Of a DNA stretch of 64,000 bases, positions 11,451 through 20,488 are shown one piece after another; the stretch's first letter is position 1, and the number at the start of each line of letters is the position of its first letter. Both the position numbers and the translations under genes were made by a program. Source of the stretch: Bacteroidales bacterium (lineage in GTDB: Bacteria > Bacteroidota > Bacteroidia > Bacteroidales > VadinHA17); NCBI GenBank assembly GCA_032260385.1, contig JAVVEL010000006.1:37918-101917 (forward strand), given 5' to 3'. The notes beneath the pieces are model-generated. The model worked only from the letters and a program-made list of their open reading frames with translations. It was not told where the DNA came from and searched no databases.

Positions 11451-12956
11451 TTATTCCTCCCCGAAAACAAAGGCTTCGTATATATAAATTTCCGCATCTT
11501 TCCAGCCCGTCCATCCCAGCCCGGCTTTATCACGGGATATGTGGCCGAGGAAATCGCTTACTGTCCAGTCCCGGTTATTTGCAACCTGGGGGAGAAATGT
11601 TCCGGACCTGCTACCTTTTTTTATATAAACTCCATGCTTCCCAAGTATAATTTCTTCAGTGTTATCAATTTGCCTGAGTGGACTCAGCACCGATATTTCA
11701 ATGGTTACTTTCTCAAGTTCATCCAGGTTGAGTGGTTCGAACCGTGTATCACCAAAAGCGGCCTCGAGAGCCATTGCACGAACGGTCTCATAGAGAGGCT
11801 CCGATGGCATGAATCTGCCTATGCAACCTCTCAGTTGCCCCTTAATATTTAGCGTGACAAAGGCACCCAGGGGCTTTAGCAGTGAGGGAGATAGCTTAGA
11901 TTTGTCTATCTCAGTCTGTTTTTCTTTAAGCAGGAATGATCTTATTGATTGCCGGGCTATTTCAAGCAGGCTGACCTCTTCTTCACGACTTAAGCTAAAA
12001 TCCTTGCCCTTATCGGCAGCATCTTCTTTTTCAATTAAAGCAAGGGAATGATAGCCCACTACTCCTGAGCGGTCACCCAGCCTGCTGTGTCCCGAATTCC
12101 GGTACAGTATATGCTTGAATTCCAGACCCGGCTCTGTCCTGGAAAGATGGAGGAGCACCAGGCCTGAAGTCCAGCCACACATGCTTGTTGCCAGGCCATT
12201 GATTTTCATGCCTGAATTTTTTTTAAGTGTCCTGAGAAAGGTTTCAGGATCTCCTGAAATTAAAGCTTCCACAGTCAGCATGTCAACTTTCTCTGCATCC
12301 TCAAACGAAGGGTAGTGGCTGAAGTCACTGCTGATTACAAAGAGATTATTTTCGTTAAACCAGGGTTTGAGAACCCCGGCTATATCCTCACAAATTTTAC
12401 TGTTTTGTGTCCCGATAATAATTGGTACAATTCTTATGTCCTTTCCCAGGTGATACTGCAGAAACGGTAACTGCACTTCAAGACTGTGCTCATTTGTGTG
12501 GGCAGATTTCAGATAAGTGAATACATCTGAGTTTTCTGTCAGATTTTCAGCAATGGCAGTATTAACAGTAACCGTCCCCAGTGGTGTTTTGTAATTGCCC
12601 GTTGAATAGACTGATGCTCCGGGAAAAGAAAGCCTGTGACTTGAGCCAATCAGGAAGATATTATCATATTCTGCGTCTTGTGGAATACATCCTGTGGCGG
12701 AAGCTGCCACCGTGCCCGAAAATACGTATCCTGCATGCGGAGAAATCAAAGCCCTTGCCTTCTCTCCCGGTTTAAGTGTAAAGGAACTCATACCGGCAGC
12801 ATCCCTGAAATGCTGCTCAAGCTGTTTCTTTAATTCTGACTCACCGGCCGGATAAAATGATCCCGCCACTACAGGGTCCCTGTCAAATCCTCTCTGTTGG
12901 CCTGAAATATTCATGGTCATAAATAGCATTATCAGAAATCCATAAATGGTTTTCAT
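11451..12956 (-). CDS. Fusion of Memo-like protein (AmmeMemoRadiSam protein B) and AMMECR1 domain (protein A), with signal peptide
   Basis: N-terminal half has Memo motifs SPHAGYVFSG, HSLEVQLPFL, SSDFSHY and SMCGW. C-terminal half has AMMECR1 motifs GAFVTLNIKGQLRGCIGRF, HGVYIKKG and GTFLPQVA. The N-terminus MKTIYGFLIMLFMTMNISGQQ looks like a signal peptide. Confidence 0.85.
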   Translation of the reverse strand: MKTIYGFLIMLFMTMNISGQQRGFDRDPVVAGSFYPAGESELKKQLEQHFRDAAGMSSFTLKPGEKARALISPHAGYVFSGTVAASATGCIPQDAEYDNIFLIGSSHRLSFPGASVYSTGNYKTPLGTVTVNTAIAENLTENSDVFTYLKSAHTNEHSLEVQLPFLQYHLGKDIRIVPIIIGTQNSKICEDIAGVLKPWFNENNLFVISSDFSHYPSFEDAEKVDMLTVEALISGDPETFLRTLKKNSGMKINGLATSMCGWTSGLVLLHLSRTEPGLEFKHILYRNSGHSRLGDRSGVVGYHSLALIEKEDAADKGKDFSLSREEEVSLLEIARQSIRSFLLKEKQTEIDKSKLSPSLLKPLGAFVTLNIKGQLRGCIGRFMPSEPLYETVRAMALEAAFGDTRFEPLNLDELEKVTIEISVLSPLRQIDNTEEIILGKHGVYIKKGSRSGTFLPQVANNRDWTVSDFLGHISRDKAGLGWTGWKDAEIYIYEAFVFGEE

Positions 12957-13030
12957 GAGTTATAATAATAATAACGGAGAATAAAATTAAGCAAACAGAG
13001 GGAGAAAATGAAAAGTCTTTGAAGTATTTA

Positions 13031-13486
13031 TCAGAGAAGAATGAGTCTTTCCTTTACAATGGTGTCATCATCATCTATTCCGAAAATTTTGACTCCCAGG
13101 CTTACAGTGGCATCATTTATTACTTTCAGAACCATTGAGATGGAATCCTGGAGATCGTCGTCATCCATTTCATCATACTCCTCAACGTGAAAGTATAAAT
13201 TTATTGTGAGCAGTTTATCCCTGTCATCAATTCTTGATAGCACTTTAACCATGCGTGCCATCCAGATTGACGATGCCGTATTGAAGTAGCTCAAATTGAA
13301 ATGAAGAAAAGTTTTTTCGGGCGGATCAAGTATGTATTCCTTGAGCCATTCAATTACAGGTTCATAAAGTTTTGTTGCGTTTTCCGGTATTGATTTTCCC
13401 TTCAGTATAAGCATACCGTCATCGGGATTAAAATCAATCTCAGGTGCGCTTTTTGTTTCCGGAATGTGTAGTTTTGTAATCTTCAT
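13031..13486 (-). CDS. DUF1987/SiaC-like small protein
   Basis: Pattern (KSAPEIDFNPDDGMLILKGKSIPENATKLYEPVIEWLKEY...FHFNLSYFNTASS) matches my recollection of the DUF1987 (SiaC) family. Start moved to the ATG of MKITKLH. Confidence 0.55.
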   Translation of the reverse strand: MKITKLHIPETKSAPEIDFNPDDGMLILKGKSIPENATKLYEPVIEWLKEYILDPPEKTFLHFNLSYFNTASSIWMARMVKVLSRIDDRDKLLTINLYFHVEEYDEMDDDDLQDSISMVLKVINDATVSLGVKIFGIDDDDTIVKERLILL

Positions 13487-13662
13487 TTTGTTTGTCTGAA
13501 CGAAACAGATGTCGGTTTGTTTCAAAAGTATTCTTTTTTTTTAAGACATTATTATTTGTTCGTCAAAAAAAATAAACCGTCTGTCAAATAGATTCGGTCT
13601 TTAATATAAATTGACCGGATTTCCGGCTCATAAATTTTAAAAACGGGTATAACAAAATGTAT

Positions 13663-13670
13663 TATCTTTG
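13663..13670 (+). promoter_or_regulatory. Bacteroidota-type -7 promoter box TATCTTTG upstream of argS
   Basis: Exact match to TAnnTTTG, 25 nt upstream of the ATG at 13695. Confidence 0.4.
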
Positions 13671-13694
13671 CTCGCTGACAGTTATTATATATAG

Positions 13695-15473
13695 ATGGAA
13701 AAGACTATTGGAAATATTGTTGCCACTGCTTTAAAAATCCTCTATGGATCTGATGCTGATATGTCAAATATCCAGGTCCAGTCAACCAGGAAGGAATTTG
13801 AAGGGGATATTACTCTCGTCGTTTTTCCATTACTTAAATATTCGGGGAAATCACCAGAAGATACAGCTTACGATTTAGGTAACTATTTACTGAAATCAAG
13901 CCCCGGGATAAGCAGCTTTAACGTTGTGAAAGGATTTCTTAACCTGCAGGTCAGTAATGCGGCATGGCTGAGTGAATTTATAAGCCTGTGGCAGTCTGGA
14001 AGCGCTAATGATCTATCAAAAAAAGGACAAACCATACTTGTGGAATATTCATCACCCAATACTAATAAACCTTTGCACCTGGGGCATATAAGAAATAATC
14101 TCCTTGGTTTTGCCCTCTCCAGAATACTGACTGAAAGCGGAAACAGTGTTTTTAAAACAAACATTGTTAACGACAGGGGTATACATATTTGTAAATCAAT
14201 GCTGGCATGGAAACTGTTCGGAAAGGGCAAAAGTCCGGCTGATACAGGTATGAAAGGTGATCATTTCGTGGGGAAATACTATGTGGAGTTTGAAACTGCA
14301 TATAAAAGTGAGCTAAGTGAGCTTATCCGGAAAGGTATGACGGCAGAGGAAGCAGCTGAAAAATCGGAGCTTATGGCAGGTGCCAGGGATCTGCTCAGGA
14401 AATGGGAGGCAGGCGACAGGGAGACTGTTGACCTCTGGATGAAAATGAACAGCTGGGTTTACGAGGGATTTGATAGTACATATAAAGCCCTGGGGGTTGA
14501 TTTTGATAAGATTTACTATGAGTCTGATACATATAAACTGGGGCGGGACATAGTAGAGGAAGGACTGCAAAAAGGAATATTTTACAGGAAGGAGGATGGC
14601 TCGGTATGGGTGAACCTGTCAGATGACAGCCTGGACGAGAAACTCTTATTGAGAGCTGATGGAACAGCAGTTTACATGACACAGGATCTGGGGACTGCAG
14701 TAGAAAGATATAATGATTATAAGTTCGATCATCAATACTATGTGGTTGGAAATGAACAGAATTATCATTTCCAGGTTCTGAAACTAATCCTTAAACGTCT
14801 CGGTTATGAATGGGCAGAGGGAATTCATCATTTCTCCTACGGAATGGTCAACCTTCCTGAAGGTAAAATGAAATCACGGGAAGGGAAGGTGGTGGATGCT
14901 GATGATCTGATTGATAACATGATAGATACAGCGAGGGAGATGGCGGAGGAACTGGGTAAACTACATGACTACGTCGAAGAGGAAAAAGAAGCAATATACC
15001 GTAAGATAGGAATGGCTGCTTTAAAATACTTTATTTTAAAAGTTGATCCCCGTAAGAACATGATGTTCAATCCACGCGAATCAATTGATTTTAACGGCAA
15101 TACCGGCCCCTTCATTCAATATACCTATGCCAGGATAAAATCAGTGCTCAAACTGGCAAAGGAGAAAGGACATTCAGTTGCGGAAATCAGTACTGATCTG
15201 CTGATGAATGAAAAGGAAGCAGATCTTGTTAAGCTTCTGAGGAAATATCAAAATGTGGTGAAGGAAGCAGCAGAATCACTTAATCCTTCGCTTATTGCAA
15301 ATTATGCCTATGAGCTGGCCAGGGAATATAATCAGTTCTACCATGACTATACTATCCTGGGGGAGCATGACCACAGCTTAAGGAATTTCAGGATAGCCTT
15401 ATCTGAATACACGGGTAACATAATAAATAAGGCCATGTACCTGCTGGGCATTGAGATGTCTGAGAGAATGTGA
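13695..15473 (+). CDS. argS: Arginine--tRNA ligase
   Basis: 592 aa class I aaRS with HIGH motif PLHLGHIRN. The C-terminal anticodon-binding domain ends ...GIEMSERM. Confidence 0.95.
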   Translation: MEKTIGNIVATALKILYGSDADMSNIQVQSTRKEFEGDITLVVFPLLKYSGKSPEDTAYDLGNYLLKSSPGISSFNVVKGFLNLQVSNAAWLSEFISLWQSGSANDLSKKGQTILVEYSSPNTNKPLHLGHIRNNLLGFALSRILTESGNSVFKTNIVNDRGIHICKSMLAWKLFGKGKSPADTGMKGDHFVGKYYVEFETAYKSELSELIRKGMTAEEAAEKSELMAGARDLLRKWEAGDRETVDLWMKMNSWVYEGFDSTYKALGVDFDKIYYESDTYKLGRDIVEEGLQKGIFYRKEDGSVWVNLSDDSLDEKLLLRADGTAVYMTQDLGTAVERYNDYKFDHQYYVVGNEQNYHFQVLKLILKRLGYEWAEGIHHFSYGMVNLPEGKMKSREGKVVDADDLIDNMIDTAREMAEELGKLHDYVEEEKEAIYRKIGMAALKYFILKVDPRKNMMFNPRESIDFNGNTGPFIQYTYARIKSVLKLAKEKGHSVAEISTDLLMNEKEADLVKLLRKYQNVVKEAAESLNPSLIANYAYELAREYNQFYHDYTILGEHDHSLRNFRIALSEYTGNIINKAMYLLGIEMSERM

Positions 15474-15482
15474 TATTATTAA

Positions 15483-15490
15483 TATATTTG
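15483..15490 (+). promoter_or_regulatory. -7 promoter box TATATTTG upstream of ffh
   Basis: Exact TAnnTTTG, 26 nt upstream of ATG 15516. Confidence 0.4.
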
Positions 15491-15515
15491 AAAAAAGTAA
15501 AAAAAGGTAAGAGTG

Positions 15516-16844
15516 ATGTTTGAGAATTTAACTGACAGGCTGGAGAGGTCTTTTAAAATACTGAAAGGGCAGGGCAGGATAACAGAGATAAATATTGCTG
15601 AAACCTTAAAAGATGTACGGCGTGCCTTGCTGGATGCTGATGTGAACTATAAGATAGCCAAGAATTTCACCGATACGGTAAAGGAAAAAGCCCTGGGCCA
15701 GAATGTCCTGAATGCTGTTAAACCCTCACAAATGATGGTAAAAATCGTCCACGATGAGCTGGCAAGCCTGATGGGCGGTGAAAAAGTTGATATTAACCTC
15801 AGAGGAAATCCCTGCATTGTCCTTGTTGCAGGTTTACAGGGTTCCGGGAAAACTACTTTTTGCGGAAAACTTGCTCGTATGCTGAAAAGCAGAAATGGGA
15901 AAAATCCTACGCTGGTGGCAGGCGACGTGTACCGCCCTGCTGCCATAGAACAGCTGAAAGTGCTGGGTGAACAGATAGGAGTGCCCGTTTATACGGAAGA
16001 AGATAACAAAAACCCGGTGCAAATAGTAAAAAGAGCAATAAAGGAAGCAAAAAACTCGGGTAGCGACCTGCTTATTATTGATACGGCCGGCCGCCTGGCT
16101 ATTGACCGGCAAATGATGGACGAGATAGCATCCATAAAGGAGGCTGTAGACCCGCACGAAATATTGTTCGTGGTTGATGCTATGACCGGTCAGGATGCTG
16201 TGAATACCGCCAAAGAATTTAATGACAGGCTGGATTTCGACGGGGTGGTGCTTACCAAACTGGATGGCGATACAAGGGGAGGGGCAGCCCTGTCAATCAG
16301 GGGTGTGGTAAATAAGCCTATTAAATTTATTGGTTCAGGCGAGAAGCTTGATGCTATAGAACTATTCCATCCCGACAGGATGGCCGACAGGATACTGGGA
16401 ATGGGTGATATTGTTTCACTTGTTGAAAAAGCCCAGGAGCAATATGATGAGCATGAGGCTGCCCTGATGAAGAAGAAAATAGCAAAGAACCAGTTCGACT
16501 TCAATGACTTTATATCCCAGATACGGCAGATAAAAAAGATGGGTAACGTAAAGGATTTAATGGCAATGATACCGGGTGTTGGTAAGGCAATTAAGAATAT
16601 GGATATCGATGATGACGCATTTAAAGGAATTGAGGCAATAATACATAGCATGACACCCGATGAACGGTCAAACCCGGTGATTATAAATGGCAGCCGCAGA
16701 AAAAGAATAGCCCTTGGTTCAGGGACAACGGTGCAGGAGGTAAACCAGCTTCTCAAACAGTTTAACGATACAAGGAAAATGATGAAAGCCGTGTCAGGCA
16801 AGGGAGGGGCCGCACAACTGTCAAATATGCTCAGAACCAAATAA
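15516..16844 (+). CDS. ffh: Signal recognition particle protein Ffh
   Basis: Starts [14 protein letters not shown]. GTPase motifs are [14 protein letters not shown] and TKLDGD, followed by a Met-rich M domain. The GTG at 15513 is one codon upstream; ATG preferred. Confidence 0.97.
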   Translation: MFENLTDRLERSFKILKGQGRITEINIAETLKDVRRALLDADVNYKIAKNFTDTVKEKALGQNVLNAVKPSQMMVKIVHDELASLMGGEKVDINLRGNPCIVLVAGLQGSGKTTFCGKLARMLKSRNGKNPTLVAGDVYRPAAIEQLKVLGEQIGVPVYTEEDNKNPVQIVKRAIKEAKNSGSDLLIIDTAGRLAIDRQMMDEIASIKEAVDPHEILFVVDAMTGQDAVNTAKEFNDRLDFDGVVLTKLDGDTRGGAALSIRGVVNKPIKFIGSGEKLDAIELFHPDRMADRILGMGDIVSLVEKAQEQYDEHEAALMKKKIAKNQFDFNDFISQIRQIKKMGNVKDLMAMIPGVGKAIKNMDIDDDAFKGIEAIIHSMTPDERSNPVIINGSRRKRIALGSGTTVQEVNQLLKQFNDTRKMMKAVSGKGGAAQLSNMLRTK

Positions 16845-16852
16845 AACTTGAT

Positions 16853-17725
16853 ATGTATACAATAATCGACGGAAAAAAAGTATCCTCTGACATCAAACTG
16901 GAAATTGCAGAGGAAGTTAAAAAATTTAAGGAAGAAACAGGTAAAGTGCCGCATCTTGCAGCCGTTCTGGTTGGCAATGACGGTGCCAGCGAGACATATG
17001 TGTCCCATAAAGTGAAAGCCTGTGAACAGGTCGGATTTAAATCAACCCTCATCCGGATGGAAGAAAGCGTCAGTGAAAAAGAATTGCTGGATAAAGTTGG
17101 TGAACTGAATGACGATAAAGGTATAGACGGCTTTATTGTTCAGCTTCCCCTGCCTGACCATATTTCTGAAGATAAGGTTATCGAAGCAGTTAACCCAGCA
17201 AAGGATGTAGATGGCTTTCACCCGGTGAACCTGGGTAAGATGACAATAGGCTTACCTTCCTTTGTCCCTGCTACACCTGCAGGAATTATGGAGCTTATAC
17301 AAAGATATAATATAAAAACATCGGGTAAGAACTGTGTGGTGATAGGAAGAAGTAATATTGTTGGCAGACCGGTGAGCATTCTCCTGTCAAAAAAGGGAGT
17401 GGATGCAACGGTTACTCTCGTTCACAGCCGCACCAAAAACCTGGAAGAAGTTGTTCGCAGGGCAGAGATCATTATTGCAGCCATAGGGATCCCTGAATTC
17501 GTAAAAGCAGATATGGTGTCAGAAGGCGCCGTTATTATCGACGTGGGAACGACCAGGGTTAAGTCGGATAAAACAAAATCAGGATGGAAGCTGAAGGGAG
17601 ATGTCGATTTTGACAACGTAGCACCCAAATGTTCTTATATAACACCTGTGCCGGGGGGTGTGGGACCCATGACTATTGTGTCCTTGCTGCAGAATACACT
17701 GAAAGCCTGCAAGCAAAAATACTAG
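16853..17725 (+). CDS. folD: Bifunctional methylenetetrahydrofolate dehydrogenase/cyclohydrolase
   Basis: 290 aa with [23 protein letters not shown] and [11 protein letters not shown]. Confidence 0.95.
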   Translation: MYTIIDGKKVSSDIKLEIAEEVKKFKEETGKVPHLAAVLVGNDGASETYVSHKVKACEQVGFKSTLIRMEESVSEKELLDKVGELNDDKGIDGFIVQLPLPDHISEDKVIEAVNPAKDVDGFHPVNLGKMTIGLPSFVPATPAGIMELIQRYNIKTSGKNCVVIGRSNIVGRPVSILLSKKGVDATVTLVHSRTKNLEEVVRRAEIIIAAIGIPEFVKADMVSEGAVIIDVGTTRVKSDKTKSGWKLKGDVDFDNVAPKCSYITPVPGGVGPMTIVSLLQNTLKACKQKY

Positions 17726-18732
17726 GAATCGCCGGTAAGAAGCTTCAGGTCAATCCCCCTGAAATAAAGGTCGTAACCACCTAGCCCTGAAGGGCGGTCA
17801 GAGGAAAATAAAAGGAAGTGATTGCTGAAACCCGGACAGTTGCCAATAAGCGGCCGGTATTCATTATGCTCTGTATTTATTTCAGGACCCATGTTGAAGG
17901 GACTGCTCCATTTTCCGTCGCGGAAGATTGAATAGTAGAGGTCAAAGCCTCCCAGTCCGCCCGGCCTGTCCGAGGTAAATATCATAATGCTGTCCCTGAC
18001 AAAGGGACATTTGTCGTCGTAAGCACTGTTCACACTGTCGGTAAGACTGAGGCTGACAGGATCTCCCTTGAGCCAGGCATCAAATTCCATCTCCTTATTT
18101 ATCTCAGCCTGCCTGATATCAAAATTGCCTTCGCCGTCATTGGTTAAATAAACAGTGCTTAAATCACTGTCGAAACAAAGGTAAGCATCATTTGAATCAC
18201 TGTTTAATGCGCTTATGTCAGCCGGTTCCTGTCCGAAGAGTGAGTTGTCAGGATTTGCAGGTGAATAATATAGGTACTTAAGATTCAGGCTGCCCAGGGT
18301 ATTGGCACCTGCATAAAAGAAATATTCAATTCCATTTTCACCATTGAAAAGCCTGTATGGACCAAGCTCATCCCTGTCTGTATTAACCTTGTCTTCAAGA
18401 CTTTCATAAAAGTAATTATGGAACATGAAACTTTCAATGCAGAAACCTGCATCAACCTGGCTGAAAGCAAAATATATGAAACCTGTCAGAATATCAAAAT
18501 GTGAGCCCTGGCTGTTCCTGTTACTGGAAAACATGATTGGTAACTCTCCCGCCAGCTGGGGCAGTGCTACATTGAAATCGTCCCAGGTTGAGTTGATACC
18601 TTCCAGATTGTACGTTTCCTCAGGGAAAAAACCTGTCTCATAATTGATCTCACTCTCATCCTTTTTCAAGCAGCTGCTGACAATAATCAATATCATGAAG
18701 ATGCTTAAATATATTCTGAATGTCCTTTTCAT
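17722..18732 (-). CDS. Lipoprotein with PD40/TolB-like beta-propeller repeats
   Basis: Signal plus lipobox (IIVSSC). Repeated [25 protein letters not shown] and [16 protein letters not shown] motifs are typical of PD40 repeats. Confidence 0.65.
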   Translation of the reverse strand: MKRTFRIYLSIFMILIIVSSCLKKDESEINYETGFFPEETYNLEGINSTWDDFNVALPQLAGELPIMFSSNRNSQGSHFDILTGFIYFAFSQVDAGFCIESFMFHNYFYESLEDKVNTDRDELGPYRLFNGENGIEYFFYAGANTLGSLNLKYLYYSPANPDNSLFGQEPADISALNSDSNDAYLCFDSDLSTVYLTNDGEGNFDIRQAEINKEMEFDAWLKGDPVSLSLTDSVNSAYDDKCPFVRDSIMIFTSDRPGGLGGFDLYYSIFRDGKWSSPFNMGPEINTEHNEYRPLIGNCPGFSNHFLLFSSDRPSGLGGYDLYFRGIDLKLLTGDS

Positions 18733-18783
18733 TTATTTGATAAATTGATTTGTACTTACCAAAAGTAGATAAAAATTATAATC

Positions 18784-18807
18784 AAAAAAAACCGGGCGAA
18801 AACCCGG
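18784..18807 (-). terminator. Intrinsic terminator (minus strand): CCGGG-uuuucg-CCCGG followed by T8
   Basis: On the minus strand the sequence reads GAGCCGGGTTTTCGCCCGGTTTTTTTT. No protein gene ends here, since the flanking genes diverge. Confidence 0.55.
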
Positions 18808-18881
18808 CTCTTTGAAGGTAGAATTTAGGTTAATTTTAGGGTAATTAAGGGTATGAGGGTAATTTAGAATCGCTCCTTCAA
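18784..18881 (-). ncRNA. Candidate small RNA (about 98 nt) with five spaced ACC(C)U motifs
   Basis: A -7 box TATATTTG (18885-18892, minus) lies 4 nt before a 7-bp closing stem, TTGAAGG...CCTTCAA. The stem encloses AAAUUACCCU / CAUACCCU / UAAUUACCCU / AAUUAACCU / UUCUACCU and is followed by the intrinsic terminator. The element lies in a divergent intergenic region. Confidence 0.35.
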
Positions 18882-18884
18882 TTA

Positions 18885-18892
18885 CAAATATA
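18885..18892 (-). promoter_or_regulatory. -7 promoter box TATATTTG (minus strand) for the candidate sRNA
   Basis: Exact TAnnTTTG on the minus strand. The -33 TTTG is not clear (only TTTA nearby). Confidence 0.35.
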
Positions 18893-19048
18893 AGATGAAT
18901 ATCAGGCTTAAATGGTTGCGTTTGATTTCTTTCTTTATTGTATTTTTTTTAACAATCAGGGCTTCTCTGTTGTATTACAGCTGTTTAAAAAAATACGGAC
19001 ATGTTTATAAATCGAACCGACTGATAGAGATTGTCTGATAAAATATTT

Positions 19049-19056
19049 TAATTTTG
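19049..19056 (+). promoter_or_regulatory. -7 promoter box TAATTTTG upstream of the TPR gene
   Basis: Exact TAnnTTTG, 22 nt upstream of ATG 19078. Confidence 0.35.
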
Positions 19057-19077
19057 CATGAAATATAATTTGAAGTG

Positions 19078-20484
19078 ATGGAAGACCAGGGATTTGGAAA
19101 CATAGAGGAGGAAATACTTGAAATAGTGAGGCGTTATGAGCGGATGCGCAATAATAATGAAAACTACTTCTTTGATGTTGCTGAGTTTGAAACCTTGATC
19201 GACTATTATCTTGAGATTAATGATGTAAATTTTGCTTTTGAAGTGGCTGAATCAGCATGCCAGCAACACCCGACCTCAACATCCATCCAGGTAAAGAAGG
19301 CAAAAGTACTTATTGATAAGGGACGACCACTTGATGTACTGAAAATAACCAAGATAATTGAAAAAATTGAAGCCAGCAATTACGAGGTCTTCCTACTTAA
19401 AGGCGCTGCACTGGGCATGCTTGGCGATCTTAACGGGACAAAAAAATATTTTGACATAGCACTTACCCTGGATGAATCAGAGCAAATAAATATCCTGCTT
19501 AACATAACAGGGATACTGAATGACCTGAATCATTACAAACTGCTGACCAGGTACCTTGAACGTCTTGCCGGACTGGAACCTGAAGATGCAAATCACCTCT
19601 ATGACCTGGCCTTTGCTTACGAGAAACTCGGAGAATATAAGAGCAGTATTAAGTACTATAAGAAATACCTCGACATTGAACCTTTCTCCGATAATGCCTG
19701 GTATAACCTTGGTCTTTTATATACCGGGGAAGGGATGATGAAGAAAGCTCTCGATGCATATGAATTCTCAGTGGCCGTAAACCCTGATAATTTCTTTGCT
19801 ATTTTTAATATGGCAAATATACTCAGCAAGGAAGGAAAGTACAGGGAAGCCCTGGAGGCATATCACCACTATCTTGAATATGAGGATGAAAGCTCAGAGG
19901 CTATAACCTATGCTGCCGAGTGTTATGAAAAAACAGGCGATCGCAACAGGGCTTTTAAGATGTACAACGAAGCAATCGACCTTGATCCTGACTTTTCTGA
20001 ACCCTGGTGCGGACTGGGCTTGCTGATGCTGGATGAGAAACCTGAAGAGAGTATAAAATATTTAAGAAAGGCAGTGTCGCTTAAAGATGATGAATATGAA
20101 TACTGGTATTACCTTTCTGTAGCATACTATAACTGCAACATGATGAAAGAGGCCTTCAGGTCTCTTATCAGGTCAGTTAACATCAACCCCTACTATGACC
20201 TCGCATGGCTCAAAATAGGAAATATTATTATTGAAGGACGGTATTATACTCACGCTGCCGCAATGCTTGAAAAAGGAATGAAGGTAATAGGTGATGTCCA
20301 TGGCATAAGATATGTCCTTGCTTCTACATATTTATTCTCGGGTAATAATATCTCTTTCAGGCTTCATTTTGAAAAGGCGCTGAATGAATCTCCTTCCTTT
20401 TTTAATATCTACAGACCGCTCTTCCCTGATAAGATGATTGATAAGAAAGCATATAAACTCATTAAAAAGAATATAAACGGTTAA
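19078..20484 (+). CDS. Tetratricopeptide (TPR) repeat protein
   Basis: About 468 aa with many 34-residue repeats of the TPR pattern (e.g. AWYNLGLLYTGEGMMKKALDAYEFSVAVNPDN, EPWCGLGLLML). The GTG at 19075 is one codon upstream. Confidence 0.8.
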   Translation: MEDQGFGNIEEEILEIVRRYERMRNNNENYFFDVAEFETLIDYYLEINDVNFAFEVAESACQQHPTSTSIQVKKAKVLIDKGRPLDVLKITKIIEKIEASNYEVFLLKGAALGMLGDLNGTKKYFDIALTLDESEQINILLNITGILNDLNHYKLLTRYLERLAGLEPEDANHLYDLAFAYEKLGEYKSSIKYYKKYLDIEPFSDNAWYNLGLLYTGEGMMKKALDAYEFSVAVNPDNFFAIFNMANILSKEGKYREALEAYHHYLEYEDESSEAITYAAECYEKTGDRNRAFKMYNEAIDLDPDFSEPWCGLGLLMLDEKPEESIKYLRKAVSLKDDEYEYWYYLSVAYYNCNMMKEAFRSLIRSVNINPYYDLAWLKIGNIIIEGRYYTHAAAMLEKGMKVIGDVHGIRYVLASTYLFSGNNISFRLHFEKALNESPSFFNIYRPLFPDKMIDKKAYKLIKKNING

Positions 20485-20488
20485 TATT

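Noticed and set aside
8998-11514. ORF-track start coordinates using upstream TTG/GTG or early ATG codons (8998-11514, 13031-13525, 36525, 43947, 53182, 52564, 58387, 56136)
   Set aside because: The extensions overlap the preceding gene (11514, 43947), run through a TAnnTTTG promoter box (58387, 52564, 53182), or add non-conserved residues before a clear signal peptide or family-typical N-terminus. Downstream ATGs were used instead. Start choices remain predictions.
16190-17008. 272-aa minus-strand ORF spanning the ffh-folD junction
   Set aside because: It is entirely antisense to two genes with strong, motif-verified identities. The translation is low-complexity (runs of F, S, I) with no recognisable domain. 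This is a typical shadow ORF.
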